Positions 27,382 through 35,275 of a stretch of 35,275 nucleotides of DNA are shown one piece after another (within the stretch, counting starts at the first letter, position 1; every line of letters begins with the position of its first letter). The translations under genes were made by a program, and so were the position numbers. The DNA comes from Alphaproteobacteria bacterium (lineage in GTDB: Bacteria > Pseudomonadota > Alphaproteobacteria > GCA-2731375), in assembly GCA_028281075.1 (NCBI GenBank), contig JANQKO010000098.1, positions 1-35,275 of the forward strand. Reading direction: 5' to 3'. The notes beneath the pieces were generated by a model. The model did no database searches, was not told the DNA's origin, and worked only from the letters and a program-made list of their open reading frames with translations.

Positions 27382-29373
27382 TCACGCCTCCATGCGCCTG
27401 ACGCCCCGATTGGCGAACCAGGCAATTGCCGCCGTCGGCACCAGCAACAGCAATCCCGCCAGGCCGAATTGCAGGTTAGAGAAGCCGAGATACTGACCGC
27501 CGGGCGCGGCGAAGCAGATCCCCGCGACGATCAAACCAATGCTGATCGGCCAGCGTAGCACGGGGTTCGCCGCCAGGCTGCCGATGCCGACAAGATAACC
27601 CTGCAGGGCCGCCGCGATCAAAACCACGCCGATCGCCGCCGAGACGATGACCTCGACGATGTCGAACCAGTCGCCGGCCAGGATCAGGGCCGGGTTCAGC
27701 ACGAAGAAGAACGGGATCACATAGATAATGGAGCCCAGGCGCATGGCCTCGAAGCCGGTGCGCATGGGGCTCGAGCCGGCGAGGCTGGCGGCGGCGAAAG
27801 CGCCGAGCGCAACCGGCGGCGTGATGAACGACAGCATGCCCCAGTACATGATGAACAGATGCACGCCGAGCGGATGCAGCCCGACCTCGATCAACGCCGG
27901 CGCCAGCAGCACGGCCAGGAAGATGTAGCAGGCCGTGACCGTCATGCCCAAGCCGAGGATGAAGCTGGTCGCCGCGCCCATCAGCAGCAGCACCATCGGG
28001 TTCTCGCCCGCCAGATACAGCAGGTCGTTCGCCATGGTGCCGGTGACGCCGGTCGACGAGAGCGCGCCGACGATCAGGCCGACGCCCGCCAGCAGGGCAG
28101 CGATCTCGGCGAACAGCCGGCCGACGGCGGTCATGAACCGCTTGGCGTCGGCCCAGCTCCAACGGCGGTAGGGCAGGATCTGATTGATCACCAGCAGCAT
28201 GGCCGTCGCGTAGAACGGGGCCAGCGCTTCCTGCTTGAGGAAGGCGAGCAGCCAGATCAGCAGCGCAAAGACGGCGATGTAATACCAGCCGCGCTTGAAG
28301 GTTTCGCCGAGCTTCGGCAGCTCCTCGCGTGGGATGCCGGTCATGCCGCGCCGCGCCGCGTAGGCGTCGATCTGCATGAACAGGCCGAAATAGTACAACA
28401 GCGACGGTATCGCCGCGGCGGCCGCGATCTCGATATAGGGCAGGTTCAGGAACGTCGCCATGACGAAGGCAGTGGCGCCCATCACCGGCGGCATCAGCAC
28501 GCCGCCGGTCGAGGCGCAGGACTCGACGCCGCCGGAAAACGCCGGCCGGAAGCCGGTTCGCTTCATGGCCGGAATGGTCATGGCGCCGGTGGTCAGCACG
28601 TTGGTGATGACGCTACCGCTCATCGAGCCGAGCAGGCCGCTGGCGAAGATCGCGACCTTGGCCGCGCCGCCGCGCACGTGCCCGAACAGGGCGAAGGCGA
28701 AGTTGATGAAGAACTCGCCGGCGCCGGTATGCTGCAGGGCGGCGCCGAACACCAGGAAGCCGATCACCAGGCCGGCGAAGGCCCGCATCGGGATGCCGAG
28801 CAGGCTTTCACGGCTGAGGATGTGATAGGCGGCCGTGTCGATCAGGCTGACCGAGGCGCTGCTCAGCGGACCGGGCGCGAACTCGGCGAACAGCGGATAG
28901 ATCGAAAACACCGCGACGATCAGCATGATCACCAGGCCGCCGGCCCGCCGCAGCGCTTCCAGCAGCAGCAGCCAGAGCGCGTAGGCCGCCCACTCGACCA
29001 CCGGCTCGTCGTCGGGGATGTAGTATTCCCAGCCGCCGTCGATAATGTCGCGGCCGCGCACCGCGAAGTAGATGGCGATCGCGACGCCGGCGGCGAACAG
29101 CACGAGGTCATACCAGGGCACGCGCTCGCGGGTGGCGCCCTTCACGGCTGGCCAGATCAGGAACGACAGCGGCACCAGCAGGGCGATCAGCACGTAATAG
29201 TACTGATTGTCCAGCAGGATCAGCGCCCCGCCGAGATTGAAGTTAAAGAGCTGATTGATCGCCATGAACAGGGCGATCACCGCGAATACCTGGACGATGC
29301 CGCTCCAAAGCGGCGCGAGACGGCGGTACCGTTCGTTTCCCGGTACCGCCGTCGGCTTCTCGCTTGAACTCAC
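27382..29373 (-). CDS. TRAP-TAXI transporter fused (4TM/12TM) permease
   Basis: Many TM helices; RGGAAKVAIFAS, TIPAMKRTG, ASTGGVLMPPVMGATAFVMA and ITPPVALGAFAAA. Confidence 0.94.
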   Translation of the reverse strand: MSSSEKPTAVPGNERYRRLAPLWSGIVQVFAVIALFMAINQLFNFNLGGALILLDNQYYYVLIALLVPLSFLIWPAVKGATRERVPWYDLVLFAAGVAIAIYFAVRGRDIIDGGWEYYIPDDEPVVEWAAYALWLLLLEALRRAGGLVIMLIVAVFSIYPLFAEFAPGPLSSASVSLIDTAAYHILSRESLLGIPMRAFAGLVIGFLVFGAALQHTGAGEFFINFAFALFGHVRGGAAKVAIFASGLLGSMSGSVITNVLTTGAMTIPAMKRTGFRPAFSGGVESCASTGGVLMPPVMGATAFVMATFLNLPYIEIAAAAAIPSLLYYFGLFMQIDAYAARRGMTGIPREELPKLGETFKRGWYYIAVFALLIWLLAFLKQEALAPFYATAMLLVINQILPYRRWSWADAKRFMTAVGRLFAEIAALLAGVGLIVGALSSTGVTGTMANDLLYLAGENPMVLLLMGAATSFILGLGMTVTACYIFLAVLLAPALIEVGLHPLGVHLFIMYWGMLSFITPPVALGAFAAASLAGSSPMRTGFEAMRLGSIIYVIPFFFVLNPALILAGDWFDIVEVIVSAAIGVVLIAAALQGYLVGIGSLAANPVLRWPISIGLIVAGICFAAPGGQYLGFSNLQFGLAGLLLLVPTAAIAWFANRGVRRMEA

Positions 29374-29406
29374 CTGGGTGTCATCGAAAACGTCTTTGCG
29401 TTGGAC

Positions 29407-30564
29407 CTAGTCCTCCCAGATCGGGTTCATGCCGGCCTTGACCAGGGCCGCAGCGCGGGCCTTCGGCCAATTCGCCGCATAGTCGTCGTCGCCCGGGTTG
29501 GTGGCCTCGAACACCTTCCAGGCCGCCATCAGCACGTCCTGGCGCTGGATCAGGTCATCGTTGTGCTTCTGGTGCGCGTCCGTCCAGACGCCCTTCTCCT
29601 TGAAATAGCGGATGGCGCCCTCATGGAAGGGCATCACCCAGGCGAAGTTCTGGCGGCTCAGTTCCCAACCGTCGGAACCCGGTGCGCCGGCCTTGTAGTC
29701 GTCGTACAGCTGATCCATGGCCTTGACGACGCCATAGACCAGATCAGCCTCCTGCCGGTCATAGGTCATTATGATCGGATAGGGATAGCTGCCGGCCTCG
29801 TAAGGCTGGTCGGTCGAAATGCCGCCGGAACCGATGGTCGCGGTGTGCTGGCGATAGTAGGGGGCGACCTGCCAGACGCGATCCCATGCCGCGCCGTCGC
29901 CGTGCGGCATGGTCGGCCAGAAGATGCCGCGCGGCGAAGCTTCGAGCTCGCGCGTCGGGCCGCTGATGGTCGAGGCGATGGCGACGTCGACCTGATTGTT
30001 GATCATACCTTTCCAGGACGCGCCGTAGCCGGAAAACTCGACCTTCTCGACGTCGTCCCAAGTCAGGCCGCCGAAGGCCAGCATGGCCTGCATGTTCGTG
30101 TTCAGCGCGGCCGAGCCGACGACCCAGGCCACCCGCTTGCCCTTCATGTCGGCATAGGTCTTGATGCCCGCATCGCCGGCGACGGCGGCGGTAATCGCGT
30201 TCGCGGCGACCGAGGTGCCCAGCAGACGCACCCGCTGCGGTCCCCAGCCCTTGGCGGCGAAGACGTCCATGCCTTCCTGGGCGAAGTAGGAACCGATGCC
30301 CATGGCCGAGACCTGCGCCCGGCCGACCTTAAGCGGCGTCATGCGGGAAATGTCGTTCGCGCCCGGCAACACCCGCAGATCCACACCATGCGCCTGCTTC
30401 AGCGCCTGACCGAAAGCGACGGCCTGGTTGAAGCCGGACGTGCCCGTATTGTAGGCGGTCCAGGTCATGTTGGACGGCAGCTTCGCCTCGCCGACAGCAG
30501 TCGTCGCGGCCAAAGCCGTCGTTCCGGCCAGCGCGGCCATCATGATCAAGGTCTTGAGTTTCAT
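29407..30564 (-). CDS. TRAP-TAXI periplasmic substrate-binding protein
   Basis: Signal peptide, WTAYNTGTSG, DMKGKRVAWVVG and PFHEGAIRYFKEKG; GGAGG before ATG at 30564; directly upstream of the permease. Confidence 0.92.
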   Translation of the reverse strand: MKLKTLIMMAALAGTTALAATTAVGEAKLPSNMTWTAYNTGTSGFNQAVAFGQALKQAHGVDLRVLPGANDISRMTPLKVGRAQVSAMGIGSYFAQEGMDVFAAKGWGPQRVRLLGTSVAANAITAAVAGDAGIKTYADMKGKRVAWVVGSAALNTNMQAMLAFGGLTWDDVEKVEFSGYGASWKGMINNQVDVAIASTISGPTRELEASPRGIFWPTMPHGDGAAWDRVWQVAPYYRQHTATIGSGGISTDQPYEAGSYPYPIIMTYDRQEADLVYGVVKAMDQLYDDYKAGAPGSDGWELSRQNFAWVMPFHEGAIRYFKEKGVWTDAHQKHNDDLIQRQDVLMAAWKVFEATNPGDDDYAANWPKARAAALVKAGMNPIWED

Positions 30565-30787
30565 ACTGTCCTCCCAGTTGGGTACGCGGATATTCAATCG
30601 CCCGACGGTCCTCGCCGCCTGTGGTTCCTACATTCGGCGCGACAGATCTAACAGACGAACAACCGTTTTTGTACCGATAAGTTCGCCAGCCGGGCGCGCT
30701 TGCCTGAACGCTTCGGCGCGCTAATCTCGGCGCCTCCCGCAGACAAAGATATGTATGATCACCAACCGCGCAAGAAGGGGGACGGGC

Positions 30788-32836
30788 ATGGGCTGGACCA
30801 TCGGTGTCGACGTCGGCGGCACCTTCACCGACTTCTACGCCTTCGAGGCGGACAGCGGCGCGGTGCGGGTGCACAAGACGCCGTCGACGCCCGACAATCC
30901 GGCCCGCGCGGTGATTGACGGCGTCAACGCCATGGCCGCCCGGCACGGCATCGACCTGGGCCAGGTAGCCCGGCTGTCCCACGGCACCACGGTGGCGACC
31001 AACGCGCTGATCCAGGGCAAGGGCGGCAGGCTGGCCCTGGTGACGACGGCGGGCTTCCGCGACCTGCTCGAAATCGGCCGGCAGATCCGGCCGCACATGT
31101 TCGACCTGCAGAAGGACCATCCGCCGCCGCTGGTGCCGCGGCAGCGGCGGCTGGAGGCGGCCGAGCGGGTGACGGCCGACGGCGCGGTGCGCACGGCGCT
31201 CGGCCAGGACGAGATCGACCGCCTGGTCGCCGCGGTGCGGGCGAGCGGCGCCGAGGGCTGCGCCATCTGCTTCCTGTTCTCGTTCCTCAATCCGGCGCAC
31301 GAGCGGCTTTTGCGCGACGCGCTGACCGCGGCGCTGCCGGACCTGCACGTGACCATCTCGTCCGACGTGCAGCCCGAGTTCCGCGAATACGAACGGCTGT
31401 CGACGACGGTGCTGAACGCCTATCTGCAGCCGGTCATGGCAACGTATCTGCACGATTTCGAGTCGGCGCTCGGCGCCGCCGCGCCACGGGCCGCGCTCGG
31501 CATCAACCAGTCGGCGGGCGGCCTGATGTCGCCCGAACGCGCCCGCGAGCTGCCCGTGCGCACGGCGCTTTCGGGCCCGGCGGCCGGCGCGGTGGGCGCC
31601 ATCCATATCGCCGGGCGCGCCGGCGCGCGCGACGTCATCACGCTGGACATGGGCGGCACCAGCGCCGACGTCTGCCTGATCCGCGACGGCGCCGCCGACA
31701 TGACCTACGAGCGCTGGATCGAGGGCTATCCGACGCGCCTTGCCAGCATCGACATCAACGCCGTCGGCGCCGGCGGCGGCTCGATCGCCTGGTTCGACCG
31801 GGACGGCCTGCTGAAGGTCGGGCCGGTCAGCGCCGGCGCGGCGCCGGGCCCGGCCTGCTACGGCGCCGGCGGCGGCGAGCCGACGGTGACGGATGCCAAC
31901 CTGGTGCTGGGCCGGCTGTCGCCGAAGGGGCTGCTGGGCGGCGGCATGCCGATGGACCTGGCGGCCGCGCGGCGGGCGTTCGAACCGCTGGCCGAACGCC
32001 TGGCGATGCCGGTCGAGCGCACGGCGCACGGCGTCATCGGCATCGTCGTCGCCAACATGGTCCGCGCCCTGCGCGCGATCTCGGTCGAGCGCGGCCACGA
32101 TCCACGCGACTTCGCGTTGCTGGCCTTCGGCGGGGCCGGGCCGCTGCACGCCGCCGACGTCGCCCGGGCGCTCGGCATCGCGCGCTTCATCGTGCCGCCG
32201 GCGCCGGGCATCCTCTGCGCCCAGGGGCTGGTGGTCTCGGACCTGCGCGAGAGCTTCGTGCTGAGCCGGCTGACGCGGGTCGGCGCGGCCGGGATCGACG
32301 CGATCCGCGGCATGCTGACCGAGCTCGGCGACCGGGCCGAGACCTGGTTCGCCGGCCAGGCCGCCGCGGAAGACGCCCGCGAGCGGCAGGTGCGGCTCGA
32401 CATGCGCTATGTCGGCCAGAACTACGAGCTGGCGGTGGAAATGGACGCGGCGGCGGCGCTGGCCGCGGACGCCGACGACCTGCGCCGGCGGTTCTTCGCG
32501 GTGCACGACCGCAGCTACGGCTTCCACAATCCGGACGATCCGGTGGAGATCGTCAACGTGCGGCTGACCGCCGTGGTCAGGCTGCGGCATGCCGACCCGC
32601 CGGTAACGGCCGGCGAACCGGGCGCGTCGCCGGCACCGTTCGAACGGCGCGACGTGCGCTTCGCGGCCGATACCGCCACGGCGACACCGGTCTTCGATCG
32701 CGCCGTCCTGACGCCCGGCCACCGCGTCGACGGGCCGGCGATCGTCGACCAGCTCGACACCACGACGCTGTTGTTTCCCGGCGACCGGCTGGCGGTCGAC
32801 GCCGCCGGCAACCTGATCGTGGAGATCGGCGAATGA
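30788..32836 (+). CDS. Hydantoinase/oxoprolinase subunit A (ATP-dependent cyclic amidohydrolase)
   Basis: GVDVGGTFTD, HGTTVATNA, EYERLSTTVLNAY, SGPAAG, DMGGTS, GAGGGS, GPVSAGAAPGPACYG and DMRYVGQNYEL. Confidence 0.95.
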   Translation: MGWTIGVDVGGTFTDFYAFEADSGAVRVHKTPSTPDNPARAVIDGVNAMAARHGIDLGQVARLSHGTTVATNALIQGKGGRLALVTTAGFRDLLEIGRQIRPHMFDLQKDHPPPLVPRQRRLEAAERVTADGAVRTALGQDEIDRLVAAVRASGAEGCAICFLFSFLNPAHERLLRDALTAALPDLHVTISSDVQPEFREYERLSTTVLNAYLQPVMATYLHDFESALGAAAPRAALGINQSAGGLMSPERARELPVRTALSGPAAGAVGAIHIAGRAGARDVITLDMGGTSADVCLIRDGAADMTYERWIEGYPTRLASIDINAVGAGGGSIAWFDRDGLLKVGPVSAGAAPGPACYGAGGGEPTVTDANLVLGRLSPKGLLGGGMPMDLAAARRAFEPLAERLAMPVERTAHGVIGIVVANMVRALRAISVERGHDPRDFALLAFGGAGPLHAADVARALGIARFIVPPAPGILCAQGLVVSDLRESFVLSRLTRVGAAGIDAIRGMLTELGDRAETWFAGQAAAEDARERQVRLDMRYVGQNYELAVEMDAAAALAADADDLRRRFFAVHDRSYGFHNPDDPVEIVNVRLTAVVRLRHADPPVTAGEPGASPAPFERRDVRFAADTATATPVFDRAVLTPGHRVDGPAIVDQLDTTTLLFPGDRLAVDAAGNLIVEIGE

Positions 32837-34527
32837 GCGCAAAACCCGCGGCGGCAATCGATCCGATCACGCTGGAGATCCTGTTCAACGGCCTGCGCTC
32901 GATCACCGACGAGACCTATATCGCCATCACCAAGGCCGCCTACTCCACCAACATCAAGGAGCGGCGGGACCACTCGACCTGCCTGATGGATCCGCAGGGC
33001 CGGCTGATCGTGCAGGCCGAGAACTCGCTGCCGGTGCATCTCGCCTCGATGCTGGGGCTGATGCACAAGCTGCTGGAGAAGTTTCCGGCGGACGAGATCC
33101 ACGAGGGCGACATCTTCGTGGCCAACGATCCCTATGCCGGCGGCGGCACCCACCTGCCGGACGTGAACCTGGCCATGCCGGTCTTCGTCGACGGCCGGCT
33201 GCTGGGCTTCATGTGCAACCTGGCGCACCACGCCGATATCGGCGGCATGTCGCCCGGCAGCATGGCCGGCGGCATGACCGAGATCTACCAGGAAGGCCTG
33301 CGCATCCCGGTGGTCAAGCTGTTCAGCCGCGGCGAGCTGGTACGCGACGTGTTCGACCTGCTGCTGCTGAACGTGCGCGTGCCCGAGGAGCGGCGGGGCG
33401 ACTATTACGCCCAGGTCGCGGCCTGCAAGCTGGGCGTCCGGCGCCTGCTGGAACTGGCCGAGCGCTACGATGCCGGGACACTGGCGGCGGGGTTCGCGGC
33501 GATCATGGACCGCACCGAAGCCCGTATCCGCGCCGCCATCGGCGGCATTCCCGACGGCAGCTACAGCTTCCGCGACGTGCTGGACAATGACGGCATGGGT
33601 GCCGAGGACATCGCCATCGCCGTGCGCGTCGACGTCGCCGGCGACCGTATTTCCTTCGATTTCGACGGCAGCGGCGCGCAGGTCAGGGGCAACGTCAACG
33701 TCACGCTGAACGCCACCCAGTCGGCGGTCTATTACGTGCTGAAGGGCATGCTGGACCCGGAGATCCCGAACAACGACGGCCTGATCCGCGCCGTCGACAT
33801 CACGGCGCCGCCGGACAGCATCGTCAACGCCGGCTTTCCGGCCGCCGTCGCCGGCCGGGCGAACACGGCCCAGCGCATCATCGACGTGCTGATCGGCGCG
33901 CTGGCCCAGGCCCTGCCCGAGCAGGCCGTCGGCGCCGCGAACGGCGCCAACGTGACGGCGGTGTTCTTCGGCGCCGACCCCAGGACCGGGCGCGACTATG
34001 TCTATCTGGAGACGCTCGGCGGCGGTTTCGGCGGGCGGGCGCACAAAGACGGCAAGGACGGCGTGCAGGTGCATATCACCAACACCTCGAACCTGCCGGT
34101 GGAAGCCATCGAGATGGAGTACCCGCTGCTGGTCGAGAGCTATGGTCTGATCGAGGATTCCGGCGGCCCCGGCCGGCATCGCGGCGGCATGGGCCTGCGC
34201 CGCGTGGTCCGGCCGGTCGGGCACGAGACCGTGTTCAACGGCATGGGCGAGCGCTTCCGGCACCGGCCCTGGGGCATCTTCGGCGGCGGCGACGGCGCCA
34301 CCGGCCGGTTCCTGCTGCGCGGACCGGCAGGCGACGAAGCGCTGGCGGACAAGCCGGCCGGCATCGTCATCGGCCCCGACACCGCCGTGGTCGTGGAAAC
34401 GCCCGGCGCCGGCGGCTACGGCCCGCCGGCGGACCGCGATTCCGCGGCGCTGGCCGAGGACCGGGCCAGCGGCAAGTTCAGCGACGCCTACCTGCGCCGC
34501 CACTACGGCGACGCGGCGGACGATTGA
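32833..34527 (+). CDS. Hydantoinase/oxoprolinase subunit B
   Basis: DPITLEIL, YSTNIKERRDHS, PVHL, NDPYAGGGTHLPD, HHADIGG, EIYQEGLRIP and TPGAGGYG; ATGA overlap with subunit A. Confidence 0.95.
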   Translation: MSAKPAAAIDPITLEILFNGLRSITDETYIAITKAAYSTNIKERRDHSTCLMDPQGRLIVQAENSLPVHLASMLGLMHKLLEKFPADEIHEGDIFVANDPYAGGGTHLPDVNLAMPVFVDGRLLGFMCNLAHHADIGGMSPGSMAGGMTEIYQEGLRIPVVKLFSRGELVRDVFDLLLLNVRVPEERRGDYYAQVAACKLGVRRLLELAERYDAGTLAAGFAAIMDRTEARIRAAIGGIPDGSYSFRDVLDNDGMGAEDIAIAVRVDVAGDRISFDFDGSGAQVRGNVNVTLNATQSAVYYVLKGMLDPEIPNNDGLIRAVDITAPPDSIVNAGFPAAVAGRANTAQRIIDVLIGALAQALPEQAVGAANGANVTAVFFGADPRTGRDYVYLETLGGGFGGRAHKDGKDGVQVHITNTSNLPVEAIEMEYPLLVESYGLIEDSGGPGRHRGGMGLRRVVRPVGHETVFNGMGERFRHRPWGIFGGGDGATGRFLLRGPAGDEALADKPAGIVIGPDTAVVVETPGAGGYGPPADRDSAALAEDRASGKFSDAYLRRHYGDAADD

Positions 34528-34536
34528 CCCGCCGCG

Positions 34537-34980
34537 ATGACGGACGACCGCAGCTATCCCGACCGGCCGATCGTCGGCATCGGCGTCGTCGTCTTCAAGG
34601 GAACCGAGGTGCTGCTGATCCGGCGCGGCAAGCCGCCGCGACAGGGCCAGTGGAGCCTGCCGGGCGGGGTGCAGGAACTGGGCGAGACCGTCCACGAGGC
34701 GGCGCGGCGCGAGGTGGCCGAGGAGACCGGCGTCGACATCGATATCGTCGGCCTGATCGACACCGTCGACACGATCGAACGCGATGAGCGCGACCGCGTG
34801 CGCTACCACTACACGCTGATCGACATCGCCGCCACCTGGCGCGAAGGCGAGCCGCGCGCCGGCAGCGACGCGGCCGGCGTCTGCTGGGCCCCGCGCGCCG
34901 GCCTCGGCGCCTACGACCTGTGGGACGAAACGACACGCATCATCGGCCTGGCGGAAGCGCTGGTCGACGGCGGCCGGTAA
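34537..34980 (+). CDS. NUDIX hydrolase
   Basis: Nudix box GGVQELGETVHEAARREVAEETG; YPDRPIVGIG. Confidence 0.93.
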   Translation: MTDDRSYPDRPIVGIGVVVFKGTEVLLIRRGKPPRQGQWSLPGGVQELGETVHEAARREVAEETGVDIDIVGLIDTVDTIERDERDRVRYHYTLIDIAATWREGEPRAGSDAAGVCWAPRAGLGAYDLWDETTRIIGLAEALVDGGR

Positions 34981-35070
34981 TCACCCGGATCGCCGGACCC
35001 GGCCCTCAAACGTCATGCCAGCACCGCGCAGACCGTGATAGCGGTGAAAATGGCGCGATATCGGTGCCAG

Positions 35071-35102
35071 CATGCTTCGAGACGACGCTCCGCGTCTCCT
35101 CA
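35071..35102 (-). repeat. Half of a TGAGGA...CGTCTCGAA REP, the insertion target of MITE copy 2
   Basis: Reverse complement TGAGGAGACGCGGAGCGTCGTCTCGAAGCATG matches the family seen at 14305-14345 and 14541-14572. Confidence 0.75.
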
Positions 35103-35275
35103 GAGCGTGTGAATGAATTACTCACGACCCAAAAGAAGCCGTCATGCTGGCGCAGGCCAGCATCCAGCGGCATCGTAACCTGTTGAAAAACAACAAACGT
35201 GGATCCTGGCCCCCGGCCTGCGCCGGGGCAGGCTCCGCCAGGATGACAACCTGGGTGGCTGCGGTGCGATTCTTT
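35103..35275. mobile_element. MITE-like element, copy 2 (inverted relative to copy 1, truncated by the window end)
   Basis: Aligns with the reverse complement of 14381-14540: GAGCGTGTGAA..GACCCAAA..GCCGTCATGCTGGCG.AGGCCAGCATCCAGCGGCATCG.AACCTGTT..TGGATCCTGGC..CGCCAGGATGACAAC..CGGTGCGATT. Preceded by TCA. Confidence 0.82.

Overview
High-GC alphaproteobacterial chromosome, probably Rhodospirillales-like (inference from the conserved pcm-tolC-popZ-valS block). The left end carries valS (5' part), popZ, tolC, a rhodanese, pcm and tRNA-Cys(GCA). A ~5.6 kb decayed integrative island follows the tRNA, bounded by a 52-bp direct repeat of the tRNA 3' end (3653-3704 / 9238-9289). It contains a doubly inactivated tyrosine integrase, candidate arm-type and IHF sites, an intact IS3-family element inserted inside a truncated IS3-family element, a 197-bp IS66-derived miniature element and two low-GC orphan membrane-protein genes. 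The rest is mostly metabolic: a degenerate heme peroxidase, a LysR regulator, two serine hydrolases, an XRE/MmyB regulator with its likely target, eda/kdgK, a divergent AroQ-like protein, two histidine phosphatases, a FadB-like enzyme and a PPOX-type flavoprotein. It ends with a TAXI-TRAP / ThDP enzyme / ADP-forming CoA-ligase operon divergent from hydantoinase/oxoprolinase AB and a NUDIX gene. The most striking unannotated structure is non-coding: a 160-bp MITE-like element (GAG...CTC ends, TGA target duplication) carrying two REP hairpins around an IHF-like site. It occurs twice, both times at the same TGA of another REP family. All family calls come from motif recognition by eye; no database searches were run.
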